Shown here: positions 51,271-63,078 of the stretch, piece after piece
How the letters are laid out: every line of letters begins with the position of its first letter
Position numbering within the stretch: position 1 is the first letter of the stretch
Position numbers and translations under genes: made by a program
DNA from: an uncultured Acidobacteriota bacterium
GTDB lineage: Bacteria; Acidobacteriota; Terriglobia; Terriglobales; Acidobacteriaceae
Direction of reading: 5' to 3'
Assembly: GCA_963696565.1 (NCBI GenBank)
Contig: CAVOKS010000013.1
Coordinates: 7,513-71,512, forward strand
DNA: 64,000 nucleotides
Notes under the pieces: model-generated
What the model was told of the DNA's origin: nothing
Databases searched by the model: none
What the model saw: only the letters and a program-made list of their open reading frames with translations

Positions 51271-52530
51271 ATGCGCATTCTGATTGCTGAAGACGATTCC
51301 GCACTCGCCAGCTTCGTGAAAAAGGGCCTTGACGCCGAACACTACGCCGTAGACGTTTCGAATGATGGGGAGCAGGCTCGGGCCATGGCGGGCGAATTCG
51401 ACTATGACCTGGTGGTGCTCGACCTGAGCCTGCCGCGGCTGGATGGAGTTGCGATTCTGCGTTATCTGCGCACGCGGAAACCCAGCATGCCGATCCTGGT
51501 GCTGACCGGGCGTACGCGAGTGGAAGACCGGGTGCAGTGTCTGGATCTCGGGGCGGACGATTATCTGGGCAAACCGTTCTCGTTCTCGGAGCTTTCGGCG
51601 CGGATTCGGGCGCTGCTGCGGCGTTGCCATCTGCCGGCGGAATCGGTGCTGACGGTGGAAGATCTGAAGCTTGACCGGGTGGAGCGCAGGGTAGAGCGCG
51701 CGGGACGCCGCATCGATTTAACCGGCAAGGAATTTGCTTTGCTGGAATACCTGATGCGCAACGCCGGCCGGCGAATCACGCGCGCCATGATCATCGAGCA
51801 CGTGTGGAATTTATCTTTTGATACCTGCACCAATGTTGTCGATGTGTATGTGAATTACTCGACTGCGCAAGTTGACAAGAAGAAAGTGAACCGGCTTGCA
51901 ACCGCTATACAGGTCGCGTTCCAACAGTTGGGAGCGTACCCAACCGCGGACACGTCGGACATCGTCGCAATCGAACCAGAGGTTGTCGTCCCCAAGACTG
52001 CCCCGGTTGTGCCACCGCCCATTAGCGACGAAAGCCGCGATTTGACTGAACTGCGAAAGGAACTGGAGCACGCTTTGGCACCGGAGATTGCCCGGGGCGA
52101 AGTAGAAGTGCGAAGTGGACATGAGGGCCTGGTGATTAGCTTGCGAGAAGCCGGATTCTTTGACAGCGGTTCAGCCGGCGTTAAAGCCGGCTCTCAGCAG
52201 GCTTTCAGCCGCATGGCCACACTGCTTGGGGAGCGCCAATACAACCTTCGCATCGAGGGCCATACCGACAATGTGCGTATCCACAATAACCAATTTACCT
52301 CCAACTGGGAGCTGTCAACGGCGCGCGCGACCGAAATGATCCGCTTGCTGATCACCAAATACGGTTTTGCTGCGCAACGATTATCGGCGGGTGGTTACGG
52401 AGAATATCATCCTATTGCCAGCAACAGCACAGAGGCCGGGCGCGCGCTTAATCGCCGCGTGGATGTGGTGGTCGTGGGAAAACATGCACCCGATCCTGCT
52501 CCAAACCTTCCGCCCGAGACTGTGCATTAA
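51271..52530 (+). CDS. chimeric ORF: OmpR-family response regulator (truncated) fused in frame to a MotB/OmpA-like C-terminal domain
   Basis: Residues 1 to ~196 form a receiver plus most of a winged helix (ILIAEDD, DLVVLDLSLP, LTGKEFALLEYL, TNVVDVYVNY). Residues ~197 to 419 read STAQVDKKKVNRLATAIQVAFQQLG...IEGHTDNVRI..FTSNWELSTARA..NRRVDVVV. Confidence 0.8.
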   Translation: MRILIAEDDSALASFVKKGLDAEHYAVDVSNDGEQARAMAGEFDYDLVVLDLSLPRLDGVAILRYLRTRKPSMPILVLTGRTRVEDRVQCLDLGADDYLGKPFSFSELSARIRALLRRCHLPAESVLTVEDLKLDRVERRVERAGRRIDLTGKEFALLEYLMRNAGRRITRAMIIEHVWNLSFDTCTNVVDVYVNYSTAQVDKKKVNRLATAIQVAFQQLGAYPTADTSDIVAIEPEVVVPKTAPVVPPPISDESRDLTELRKELEHALAPEIARGEVEVRSGHEGLVISLREAGFFDSGSAGVKAGSQQAFSRMATLLGERQYNLRIEGHTDNVRIHNNQFTSNWELSTARATEMIRLLITKYGFAAQRLSAGGYGEYHPIASNSTEAGRALNRRVDVVVVGKHAPDPAPNLPPETVH

Positions 52531-52681
52531 GCTCTGCATACCTCACGCCGTGTAAAGCCCGATCACCGGCGGCCCGTCGATCGCTTCTCGTCTCGTGAAG
52601 AGCACTCGGCCGCCCGACGCGCCACACACTTACAGCGCTCACGCAGCAGATCTCGACGCCGCTCAGGAATGACAAGCCAAT

Positions 52682-53188
52682 TCAGACCGTGGCGTTAGCT
52701 GTCTCCTTCTGCCCGAGGACCTGCGTTACCTTTCGGGTAAGCGACTGCAGCGAAAATGGTTTTGACAGGTAGAACATTCCGTCTTCCTGGATTCCATGTC
52801 GCGTCACCACATTTTCCGGATAGCCGGAGATGAAAAGAATTGTCAGCGTTGGACACACCGCCCGCAAGTCGTTTGCAAGGTCGCGGCCATTTTGTCCCGG
52901 CAGAACTACATCGGTCAGCAAGAGTCGTACGATGGATTTGTATTCGGTGAAAGTGGATGTCGCTTCCGCCGCGTTCCGAGTCTTGAACACCCGATAGCCG
53001 GCGGACTCCAGAATCTCGCAAGTCACTTCACGGAGGAACTCTTCATCCTCCACAAGCAAAATGGTCCCACGATTTCGTTGTGGATCAGTGCCCCGGGCGA
53101 AGGATACCGAATCGGGGACTGTTTCCGTGGGTGATTGTGTGTGATTCAAACTGTTGTCCTCCCAGCACGAGAACGTATTAGCACCCAC
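52682..53188 (-). CDS. CheY-like single-domain response regulator
   Basis: Motifs: TILLVEDEEFLREV, LLLTDVVLPGQNG, FISGY, YLSKPF. It has a ~45-aa N-terminal extension if ATG 53188 is used. Confidence 0.8.
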   Translation of the reverse strand: MGANTFSCWEDNSLNHTQSPTETVPDSVSFARGTDPQRNRGTILLVEDEEFLREVTCEILESAGYRVFKTRNAAEATSTFTEYKSIVRLLLTDVVLPGQNGRDLANDLRAVCPTLTILFISGYPENVVTRHGIQEDGMFYLSKPFSLQSLTRKVTQVLGQKETANATV

Positions 53189-53412
53189 TCTTCCATCCAG
53201 AACGGCCTATGCCCGAAACCACAAGATGCTATATCGCACTGCGAGTTACGGTCATAAGAGGTATCAATACGAACTCTGGAACCGCTTAAGCACGGACGCT
53301 GAATAACCGTCTTGGGAAGAACCCTCCAAATTTTCGGGAAATGTGTCCTAAAACGGTCGAACCGCGAACCGGCCAGGCCTATCGAGGTCGCGACAAGACG
53401 GTCTGCTCGGGA

Positions 53413-55976
53413 TCAAGTACGACCTTCCGTGCGCCTAGAGGCTGCGGTCAAATGAAACGCAGTCTCGGGTCCATCGGCGAACACTCGCCCCAGCAGCACC
53501 ATTCTCCCTGCCACTGAAACGTAAAGCGGAACCGGCGTGACCAAATCGTCGGGCGCATCCTTCTGCACGATAACCCCACTGATCGTGGTCGAGCCGGGAG
53601 TGTCCGAATACTTCACCCCGTGCAATTCAAAACGAGGAATTGCAATGCCGTTAATCCATCCTTCGTAGAACCAATCCAGCGATTTGTGGTGCTCGTACCA
53701 CAAGGAGCGCGGCAACTCATTCTCGAAGGCTTGTAATAACTCGCGAGTGGTAATGGGTTTTCCCTGATAGCGTTCCCTGACCGCGCGGAGCACTCGCACG
53801 AAAGGCTCATCGGGTTGGCCCGCCTTGCCATCACCTCGGGCGTTTCCAGTGCTGGTCCGCTCGGCGTCGCGCATCATAAAACGCAGCATGTGGAACAGCC
53901 ATGTGCCGCGTCCGTAGCTGATGGCTTCGTAGCCGCTGGGGAATTGGGAACAGGATAGCCGCGTGCCCAAGGTTACCGGGCCGTCTTCCATCAACTCCTG
54001 CCCAGCTTTATTTTTCTGCAAGAGGTCATCCCGGTATTTCTCCATCGCGGCGCGAAACTTCGCTGGATTCTCGGATTCGAGAACCATCATCGAACTGTAA
54101 TTCGCCAAGCGCTTCTACGAGCCATTGGTCGCGGTAATCGTTGTACATCACCAAATCGCCCCACCACTGGTGAGCGGTTTCATGCGCGATCACTTGGTTG
54201 ATCAGCGTCCTCTCAACCGGAGTTAAGCGCAGTTGCGATTCTTCCGCGCCTGTAAGAAACGAAGCGCTGGAGAGAAAGATCAGCCCGGGCCATCCTTGAC
54301 TGAGCGCTCCCGGCATCTGTACCACCTTCAAATCGCTGTAAGGGAATGGGCCGTAACGTCGCGCGTAGAAGTCGATCGCCTGTGCGGAAGCATCCGCGAC
54401 ATTTTGCGCATTTCGTGCAGGAGAAGGGTGCACAGGCACGAGAATCGGCGGGGGGTGGTGCGGACCGCTGGTTCAATCGGGTTTGGTATCACACTTTTGA
54501 TCGACGGCGTCGGAAATCCGCGTTCCATAACTGCCGTTGCGTAGGTCTCGACAGTCACATCGCCGGCATGGGCCACCGCGCGATCGTATTTTCCAAGATC
54601 GAATCCAGCGATAGGGATGGGTCGTTCGGATATCCAGCGGCTGACTTGTCCACCTGCTGATGAAGCGCCTGCTGGGACCTGATCGCCTGGGTTGGAAGAA
54701 GACTTGGCATCGGTCCGTTTTCCGGTCGCTACCAAGGTCCAACCGGCCGGATAGTGAAACTCCAAGTCGAAGTTGGACATGGCCAGTCCGCGATTTGGAT
54801 ACCACATGCCTCGCGCACCAACATAGAGCAGCCGACTCCAGCCTCTGCAAGCACCTCGCCGCCATACACAAAGCGCAGTTCCATGCGTTGCCCGGTCCGC
54901 AAGGGCTGGGGAAAGACCACAGCCACCAGGTCGTTGCCCTGTCGGGCCAGTTGGGTTCCTTCAATTGCGGGATTATGAATGAACTCGATCGAGATGGCCA
55001 TCCGCCTCCACTCGCTTGATTTGAAGGGCGCGAGAGAATTCGAACAAGACCGTCCGCTGACCACCTTGTCGCACTTCCATTTCGAGAGACGCTTCGGCAT
55101 CGATTTGAGTGGGCGGTTTTATGTCCGCACGAATCTTGTAGCGAGATATCGCGATGGAATCAGGACTTTCCACCTTCGCCAACCGTCGCGTTAACAGCTT
55201 CCGCACTCTGGTTCACTTCCGCGGAAGAGAACGAAGTCCAGACATCGTAGAAATTGATGCCCTCCGCAGTTTTTGACTGACCGGCCCAGATTTGCTCAGG
55301 CGTGTCCTCGTCGAAATAAAGATCAAAGCCTCCCAATCTTAGCCCTTGCAAGTGGGCGTGCAGAAAGCGGTCGTGGTTGTTTTCCGGTGCGAGGGCGTTG
55401 CAGCATCTTCGGTGGCACCGCCTTCGACAGGCAGAAACTTGCTGAAGGTCATGAACAGGCGGAGCGCATCCACTTCGGCCAGATTGCGGGCGGTTTCATT
55501 CCATTGCGCCAGGAATGCCTCCGCGTTATCCACTGGCATCAGGGACGGTCGCAAGTCCGAAAAGGTATCGTCATTAAAACGGAAGTACGCCGTTACAAAC
55601 TGTTCTTCCAGAATCGCCTCCTCGGTAAATAAGGCCATGGAGGCGCGCTCGTACCGGTTAGGCGGAGATAGCAGGACTTCTCCATCCCCTTCAAAAAAGG
55701 CTCCCGTGACATGACCGGCGACATCCTCGGTAAAAGCAATAGTGCCGTCATTGAGAGTGATCTGAATTGCTGCCCGATCGATGGAGACATCGCGCAAGCG
55801 ATAGACCCGCGTCTTGTCAAAGGCGTGTTGCCCAATTGTAGATAGAGGTTCTCAGCGGAATTGAGATGCGTCGGCGCGCCTCGCTGGCAGCTTTGGAGCG
55901 CATTTGTTTCCAAGGCAGCGCCAACAGCGGCAGAAACCAAGAACAACCAGGCTAGTGGAACGCTCCTAGTCCGCAT
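53413..55976 (-). pseudogene. secreted M1-family (gluzincin) aminopeptidase-like protein, heavily frameshifted
   Basis: Signal MRTRSVPLAWLFLVSAAVGAA (ATG 55976) and zinc motif VIAHETAHQWWGDLV in fragment 54026..54439. Nine overlapping fragments run from 55593..55997 down to 53413..54108. There are at least 8 breaks. Confidence 0.75.
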
Positions 55977-56025
55977 TTTTGAGATTACCCTGGTCACCTA
56001 CGCCTGCTGCTTAATAGCCTCTAGA

Positions 56026-57472
56026 ATGCGCCTTAGTGCGCACTCCTGTCATCTGCCCTTGTTATCGGTTCTGCTGCTGGCCGCGGCAGCGGTTTGCGCT
56101 TCCGCCGAAGTCATTCATCTGAAGAACGGACGCACTATTTGGGCCGACCACGTTCGAGACACCGGAACCCACATCGAGTACGATCTCGGCGATAACACCT
56201 TCGCGATACCCAAGTCTCTGGTGGATCGCGTCGACGCTGGTGGAAGCCCGCCTGACGTATGCCACCGACGGACGGAACCGCCAAACCAGCCCACGATCTG
56301 CCGGAGTTCGCTCCCAGCCGACAATTTGAAAAATGATCCTACGCTCATCGGCAAGATCATTCAGGACGACCGGGTCGATCCGGATGCGCTGTCTGCCCTG
56401 GAACAGGCGGGCAACGGCTCCGCCGACTGCCGCTGGCTACTTTATTGCGGGCAAGCATGAATTCGACCACGGAAATTTCAGTAAAGCGCGGTCTTATTTC
56501 GAGGCCAGCTTGCGTTTCGATTCGCAGAATCCTACGATTCTGAATTACTACGCCGCCCTGCTGGTTAGAACCGGAAATGCCCCCGAAGCGTTGCCTTATG
56601 CCGAGCGAGCTGTCCGCAGTGCTCCAGATTCGCCGGACGCGCTCACCGTGCTGGGATACGTCCAGTTCGCCGCCGACCGTACTCAGGACGCCATACGCAG
56701 CTGGAAACACTCTCTGGAACTCCGTCCCGATGCCACGGTACAAAAATACCTGGAGAAGGCGCAGCGCGATGTCACTGCCGAGGCTGATTACACGGAACAC
56801 GAGAGCATTCACTTCACGCTGAAATATGAAGGTAAAGAGACATCGGAGGCCCTGCGCGGCCAACTGCTCGCTACTCTGGAGTCGGAATACGATGATCTGG
56901 TGCGGGAACTCGGGATCGCTCCGCGTAATAGCATACCCGTGGTTCTCTACACCGAGCAGTCCTTCTTTGACGTCACCCAGGCGCCTTCATGGAGTGGGGC
57001 GGTTTTTGATGGGAAGCTACGCATTCCCATCAACGGTTTGACCTCCGTCACGCCCGAACTGGCGCGCGTGCTTAAGCACGAACTTGCACACTCCTTTATC
57101 AGCCAGCTTTCTGGCGGACGTTGCCCGCAGTGGCTCAACGAGGGTATTGCTCAGGCGGTCGAACCCAAGCAGATCGCTCATGGTCGGCTTCTGGCTGATC
57201 TGTTTCGTACCCAACGCGAGATCCCGCTAAATGCTCTTGAGGGCAGCTTTATGCAGTTCTCCAGCACTCAGGCCACCGTGGCCTATGAAGAATCCCTTGC
57301 CGCCGTGCAATATATCAGCGAAACCTATGGCATGAGCGATCTGCAACGGATTCTCGAAAGGCTGGGACAGGGAAGTTCGACAGAAGCCGCGCTGCGCGCC
57401 ACCATCCACTCCGATTATGGCCAATTGGAAGCAGAGGTCGGCAAATACCTCATTGGTAAATATGGGAATTAG
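56026..57472 (+). pseudogene. secreted TPR plus peptidase-MA-like (HExxH) protein, frameshifted
   Basis: Starts at ATG 56026 (MRLSAHSCHLPLLSVLLLAAAAVCASA). Fragments are 55861..56460 and 56333..57472. It has TPR repeats, then VLKHELAHSF...WLNEGIAQ. There are one or two breaks between 56260 and 56440. Confidence 0.6.
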
Positions 57473-57633
57473 TGGCGAGCGCCCGGAAAGGCGGAGCTTT
57501 CAGGGCGCTGTCTACCAATTCGATTGGAATCGGTTCGCATTTCCTACCCGCCGATTAAGGGGAGCCACGCCGAATTCCGCTTTTTGTTGGTTTTTTGCTC
57601 GAATTCTGTGCTAACGTCTCGGCTCGATTTGCC

Positions 57634-58386
57634 ATGCGCGCGCTCCTCCGTTCTCGCCGAGTCTCGGTCCGTTGCGGTGCGTGATCCTGTCCACTCCGAA
57701 GTATCCTCGAAGTTCACGGAGCCGAACTTGCCTCGGCTTATTATGGTCTCCGTATGGCAGGCGATTTCTGTGATTTCATCCGCGTTGGTCCCAATCGCGT
57801 TCTTTTCGGCCTCCTCGATGTCGCTGGCGGTTTGAACGATACTCGGCCCATCACCACGGCGGCCCAACACACTTTCCGACTGCCGGGACCGAGCTATTTG
57901 CCCGCCGGGATATGAACGAAGCTGACGCGATGATGGAATTATGCCTGCAATTGAACCAGGCCATATTAAAGACCGCCGATGGGGTTCGCTCATGCCCGGC
58001 CTTCGCTGGTTCCTACGATGAAAATCTGGGCATAATTTGTTATTTCAACGCGGGCCATACTCCGGGACTCATCCGGGATCGCAAAGGGATTAGCGAACTT
58101 CCCGCCACCGGCCTGCCTCTGGGGCTTTTTTCCCACATGACCTCTGATGCGCCCATGGTCGCTCTGGAGCCCGGCGGCGCCTTTTCTCGCGTCGCGTGGC
58201 GTGGTCGAGGCGAAAACGGAAATCGAAGAGTTCGGCATGCAGCGAGTGAAGGAAGCGCTGCGAGAAATCCAATGGAGGCGGCGCGAAAAAATCTGCGTAT
58301 CCGTGCTTGACCGGATGCGGCTGTTCATGGGGAACTCACGCACCCACAACGACGTGACTGCGCTCGCCCTGGCTCGAAATCCGTAA
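57634..58386 (+). pseudogene. PP2C/SpoIIE-family serine phosphatase, frameshifted
   Basis: Pieces in three frames: LEVHGAELASAYYGLRMAGDFCDFIRVGPNRVLFGLLDVAGG, then YDENLGIICYFNAGHTPGLIRDRKGISELPATGLPLGLF, then EIEEFGMQRVKEAL...THNDVTALALARNP. The stop is at 58384..58386. The start coordinate is uncertain. Confidence 0.6.
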
Positions 58387-58472
58387 GAACTCACCGTTAA
58401 AACGACTTTTGTTGGGCTTTCCACCGAGCGTAGCGGTTTGCCCAAGCTCGTAGTCGGTGTCACAATGCTTAA

Positions 58473-59369
58473 ATGCAAAAATCTATTACTCCGCTGGCAA
58501 GTGCAATGGCCGCTGCGATCATGCTGCTCGGGAACGCCCTGGCGCAGCAGACTCCCCCGGCAACGACTCAACAGACTCCTGCGGCGGGAAGCCAGACTGC
58601 TTCCCCGTTCAAGACGCAAAAAGATAAAGTCAGCTACGCCATTGGGATGAACATTGGAACGACCCTCCATAAGCAATCGGTCGACGTTGATCCGAAAGTG
58701 CTGCAGCAAGGCCTCGAAGACGCCATGGCCGGAGGCAAAACGCTCCTTTCGGAAGATGAAGCGCGCGCCACCCTCACCGAGTTCCAGACCGAGATGCGCA
58801 AGAAGATGCAGGAGAAAATGCAGGCGGAGGGCGAGGCAAACAAGAAGGAAGGCGCCGCATTCCTGGCTGCAAACAAAGCAAAAGACGGCGTGGTCACGTT
58901 GCCCAGCGGTCTGCAGTACAAGATCCTGACACCCGGTACAGGGCCGAAGCCGACAGCGAGCGACTCCGTGGTGTGCAACTATCGCGGCACACTCATCGAC
59001 GGCAAGGAATTCGACAGCTCCTACAAGCGCGGTCAGCCCGCGACATTTCCAGTCAGTGGCGTCATCAAGGGTTGGACGGAAGCCCTTCAACTGATGCCCG
59101 TAGGATCGAAGTGGCAACTGTTCGTTCCCTCTGACCTGGCATACGGCGAGCGCGGTCAAGGGCCAGACATTACCCCCAACGCTACCCTTATCTTTGAAGT
59201 GGAACTGATTTCCATCCAGAGCAAGGAACAAAGGTCAAGACAAGGCCCCGGACCAAAACAAGAAATAGCCAGATCGTTGCTGGAGGCTGAGGAGAATCGT
59301 CGGCCCCTTCCGTGCTTTAGCGGAAGGAGCCTGACTTCATTTGCCTCCGACCCGCAACGCGCGATGTAA
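58473..59369 (+). CDS. FKBP-type peptidyl-prolyl isomerase (Mip/FkpA-like), secreted
   Basis: N-terminal dimerisation helix region plus an FKBP domain (VVCNYRGTLIDGKEFDSSY, FPVSGVIKGWTEALQLMPVGSKWQLFVPSDLAYGERG, LIFEVELISI). The ORF tail overlaps the convergent TMEM175 gene. An alternative frame ends NKGQDKAPDQNKK at 59266..59268, so a break near 59225 is possible. Confidence 0.85.
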   Translation: MQKSITPLASAMAAAIMLLGNALAQQTPPATTQQTPAAGSQTASPFKTQKDKVSYAIGMNIGTTLHKQSVDVDPKVLQQGLEDAMAGGKTLLSEDEARATLTEFQTEMRKKMQEKMQAEGEANKKEGAAFLAANKAKDGVVTLPSGLQYKILTPGTGPKPTASDSVVCNYRGTLIDGKEFDSSYKRGQPATFPVSGVIKGWTEALQLMPVGSKWQLFVPSDLAYGERGQGPDITPNATLIFEVELISIQSKEQRSRQGPGPKQEIARSLLEAEENRRPLPCFSGRSLTSFASDPQRAM

Positions 59370-59939
59370 AGGCAGGGCAAAAAACACTGCCAATGCTACA
59401 TTCAGGAGCAGACTTAGCGGTACGTTGACGAATGCTAAGGCAATGCACACCAGGTAAAGCGCTGGTCCCACCGCATATTTGGCCGAGATTTTGTCAGTAG
59501 CAGCGACATCCACGTCTTCGCCTAACAGATGGCGGTTTGCATATCTCCACAAGAGGTTAAAGAAGACCGCAATGACGAAATAGGTTCCGTGATACAGAAT
59601 CGCCGCCGCCCGCTGATCGCTTTGGCCGAGATGTTGCGCCAGCACGGCCGTCGGAAACGGAACCGCAGTGACACCCAGTAAAAGAAGAAGGTTCAAGAAC
59701 AGAAGCGCATTATTCGACCGCTTGATGTGAGTGAACAAGCGATGGTGATTGATCCACATAATCCCGATGAAGGCGAAACTGAAGACGAAGGCAAAGTAAG
59801 AGGGCCACTGGCGCAGAAGTTGAACGGTAAGATTTCCGCTGCCCGCAGTCGGAATCTTGATTTCCAGAATGAGCAGAGTAATGGCAATGGAAAAAACGCC
59901 GTCAGAGAAGGCTTCGATGCGCGCTGTTTCTTTTTCCAT
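59337..59939 (-). CDS. TMEM175-family (DUF1211) potassium channel
   Basis: 200 aa with the signature RIEAFSDGVFSIAITLLILEI near the N-terminus and six TM helices. Confidence 0.85.
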   Translation of the reverse strand: MEKETARIEAFSDGVFSIAITLLILEIKIPTAGSGNLTVQLLRQWPSYFAFVFSFAFIGIMWINHHRLFTHIKRSNNALLFLNLLLLLGVTAVPFPTAVLAQHLGQSDQRAAAILYHGTYFVIAVFFNLLWRYANRHLLGEDVDVAATDKISAKYAVGPALYLVCIALAFVNVPLSLLLNVALAVFFALPLHRALRVGGK

Positions 59940-59968
59940 GAGAGACCGCTCGATCTCGACGCGCCGGT

Positions 59969-61747
59969 CTATCGGCTCCGAGCTTTCTTTCGCGCAGGCC
60001 CCGCATTCGGCGGCCGATTCACGATCGGCGCTAGTTCATCGGCAGTCACGAACAGCGGCTCGATGTCAGTGGGGATTCCCTGTAAACCATCCAGCGCCTT
60101 CCGTACAGCGGGGCGCATGACCCCGAGTTCATCCAACATCTTTTTCGCGCCGGCATAATTGCCCTCGGCCTCGATGGTCAGAAGATCGTGATCGAGCGCC
60201 GCGATCGCGGATTTTATCTTCGTCATATCCACGGAAAAAGTGCCGTCCGGCGTGTTGGACAAACGCACCTTTATCCATCAGGTAATTGAACTGAATTGCC
60301 ATGCCTTTGCCGTGAGCGTCGTTCAGCCCGAAGCGCAGGCTGCGGAATGTGGAAGCCAGATACGTCGTGTAAAGTTGCCGTTGCGCGGCCTCATCAGATG
60401 GCAATGACGCGCCCAGTCCCATTTCCTTCGAGTGGTCCATCATGTACTGCAGAGCGAATAGTCCCGGTGACATCGGCTTTCGGCTCTTCAATCGCGCTGT
60501 ACAAGTCTTTCAGTTCTTCGCGCGGCGTCGTATCGCGGCCTTGAACTTTGATCTGATGCGGTCCCAGCCCGTGCATCAATTCATGCGCCAGAATGTGCGT
60601 AAAGAACAGCTCAAAGCTCACATCCACCATGGCCGTTTGCGACAGTGTTCGCCGCGCAATGGGCAGCAGCACGCTGCGGAACTTTGCCTCCTGCACATTC
60701 TTCAGCATGACTCGCTTGCTGCCCTTCTGTTGCACCACGCGGTCGTCGTTAGGCAGATTGTATGCGGCGGTCTGCACGCCGTGAGCGCCATCGCCTGCGC
60801 TCAGAATCTCGTCTACCACTCGAATCGGCGCTCCCGCACCCAGCTTCGGGTTACGGTACTGCGGATCGATGGGCAAATTGTTTTCGATCTCCTGCAGATG
60901 CTGGGTGAAAACCGATAGCTTGGCGGACTCCTCATCATCGCGCAGATTTACATAAGCCTCAAATGACGCCTTGTAGCCGAAAAGTTCGTCGTTGTAGGTT
61001 TCGTACGGACCAATCGTGATGTCCAGTGGCGCATCCAGGTCCATCCACGCCATATCGCTTTCGTAATAGTCATTCGTGAGAAACGCGTCAGCTCGTAGAT
61101 TAAGAAACTTCTTGAGCGATGCGTTGTCAGTCAAGCCCGCCGCCTCATGAAGCAGGTTTGACGCCTTCGTAAGGCCGTCGGCATATTCCTGGCTGTAGGG
61201 AACGGCTAAGAAACTATTCGGCGCCTTGCTATTGTCCGGCAGACGAATCACGGTGAAAAAGCTCTTCGCTTGCTCCTGCTCCTTCGGCGACAACTGCGCA
61301 ACCCAGCTCTCGAAAGCTTCCTTGGTCATGCTCTCGGGATAGAAATTCGCTCCCAAGCGGTTTGCGTGGAGGCACGCCCGGCAAAAAAGCCTTGTATTCG
61401 TCAAGATCTGACCACGGTCCCTTATTGATCCAAAAATAGTGCAGCCGTGCTTTGCCTAGTGGCGTAGTGTCTTTCTGTAACCGGGCATAGAGCGCGAGGT
61501 TGCCATCCCACATTTGCTGCATGAAGACATCGTTCAGGACCCGCGCAGCCTCAATCAGTTTCACCAGCGCCTGCCGATCGCCCGAGGAGAGTCTCGAGGT
61601 GTCGACTCTTAACGGCGTCGGCGCGAAACGACTTGCCATCAGGTCGAGTTGCGCCAGGTCCGGCAGCGCCCCATTCTTCTGTGCTTTTACTGAAATACTC
61701 GTCACTCCCATAAGTAGTACAAGAATAAAGCAGGCGGTGAGTTTCAT
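59969..61747 (-). pseudogene. secreted zinc-metallopeptidase-like protein (HELMH motif, DPP3-like family), frameshifted
   Basis: Starts at ATG 61747 (MKLTACFILVLLMGVTSISVKAQ). Fragments are 61229..61762, 60394..61404 (FTHILAHELMHGLGPH), 60129..60491 and 59969..60268. There are 3 breaks. The family name is by resemblance only. Confidence 0.6.
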
Positions 61748-61903
61748 GATTTCTCCTCCCATGCCGATGCGGCCGAAAACGGATTATGATAGCAGGACGC
61801 GCGGTAGCCGCGACCAGACATCTGGCGGTACAATTTACAAAAGCGTGGCAGCCCAGAGCCGAATAGGCGGTTCTGGCTGTGGTTTCAGGCGAACAGAATT
61901 CTT

Positions 61904-62995
61904 ATGCGAAAATTTCTCCCTGGCTTGCTCCTGCTTTCTTTCGTTGCTGTGTCCGTCATTCTTAGGGCGGACGATGAAGTGGTCGAAGAGATCGTCGCCC
62001 GCGTCAACAACCAGATCATCACTCGCAGCGAATTCCTGCACAGCAAAGACGAATTGAGGAAGGAAGCCGCGCAACAAGATCCTGTGAATGCGGACAAACT
62101 CGTCGCCGAACGCGACAAAGATGTGCTTCGCGACTTGATTGATCAGGAATTGCTGCTCGAAAGGGGCAAGGACCTGGGCATAACCGCCGATACCGAAGTC
62201 ATCAAGAAGCTCGACGACATGCGTAAGGACATGAAACTCGACAGCATGGAGGAACTGGAAAAAGCCGCCCAGTCCCAGGGAGTCTCCTTCGAGGATTTCA
62301 AGCAGAACATACGCAATCAGATCATTACCCAGCAAGTCATCGGGAAAGAAGTGGGCTCAAGGCTGATCATCAACAAAGACGACGAACAGAAATTCTACGA
62401 AGAACACAAGAACGACATGGAGCAGCCGGAGACGATTCGATTGAGCGAAATTCTGGTCTCGACCGAAGCCAAGCCAAATGATACCACCGATGAAGCGCAA
62501 CGGCTCAAAGCGGCCCAAGCAAAAGCGGCCGACCTTCTCGACCAGATTCGCAAAGGCGCCAAGTTCGAAGACGTCGCCAAGAAAAACTCCGATGGGCCCA
62601 CTGCCGCCCAGGGTGGCGACCTCGGCGAATTTAAACGCGGTACTCTTGCCCAGCAAATCGAGGAAAAGACTTTCGTCATGAAGCCAGGCGAGGTATCGGA
62701 CGTAATCCAAGCCAAGCAAGGGTTCATCATCCTGAAGGTCACCGCGCATCACAGTGCGGGCGTTCCGCCTTTCAGCGAGGTCGAGCCGCGAATCCAGGAC
62801 GCGCTCTACATGAAGAAGCTACAGCCCGCGCTGCGCGAATACCTCACAAAACTCCGCGAGGACGCATTCATCGATATCAAGACTGGCTACGAAGACTCTG
62901 GCGCCAGCCCCAACCAGACCAAGCCCATCGAGACCGCGAACAAAGAGCCCAACCCCAAGGATCTCAAAAAGAAGAAAAAACTCGGCATCTTTTAG
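61904..62995 (+). CDS. SurA-like chaperone / parvulin-type peptidyl-prolyl isomerase
   Basis: Intact 363 aa with a signal peptide, a SurA N-terminal-like domain (IVARVNNQIITRSEF) and a PpiC domain (GGDLGEFKRGTLAQQIEEKTFVMKPGEVSDVIQAKQGFIILKV). Confidence 0.85.
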   Translation: MRKFLPGLLLLSFVAVSVILRADDEVVEEIVARVNNQIITRSEFLHSKDELRKEAAQQDPVNADKLVAERDKDVLRDLIDQELLLERGKDLGITADTEVIKKLDDMRKDMKLDSMEELEKAAQSQGVSFEDFKQNIRNQIITQQVIGKEVGSRLIINKDDEQKFYEEHKNDMEQPETIRLSEILVSTEAKPNDTTDEAQRLKAAQAKAADLLDQIRKGAKFEDVAKKNSDGPTAAQGGDLGEFKRGTLAQQIEEKTFVMKPGEVSDVIQAKQGFIILKVTAHHSAGVPPFSEVEPRIQDALYMKKLQPALREYLTKLREDAFIDIKTGYEDSGASPNQTKPIETANKEPNPKDLKKKKKLGIF

Positions 62996-63078
62996 GTTAA
63001 GCTTGGCCTGAACCGGCGGACTGTATCGACTGGGTCTATCCGCGAACAGGCCTTTCACACGTCCCGGAGCAATGGACC

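Noticed and set aside
51075-51630. The N-terminal third of the 630-aa minus-strand ORF (49738..51630)
   Set aside because: It is antisense to the well-supported response-regulator receiver domain and has an arginine/proline-rich, low-complexity translation. The real GGDEF gene starts near 51074.
57990-59231. The 413-aa minus-strand ORF
   Set aside because: It lies entirely antisense to the FKBP isomerase and the PP2C phosphatase tail. Its composition is rich in R, L, C and H, and it has no recognisable motif. I treat it as a shadow ORF of a high-GC region.
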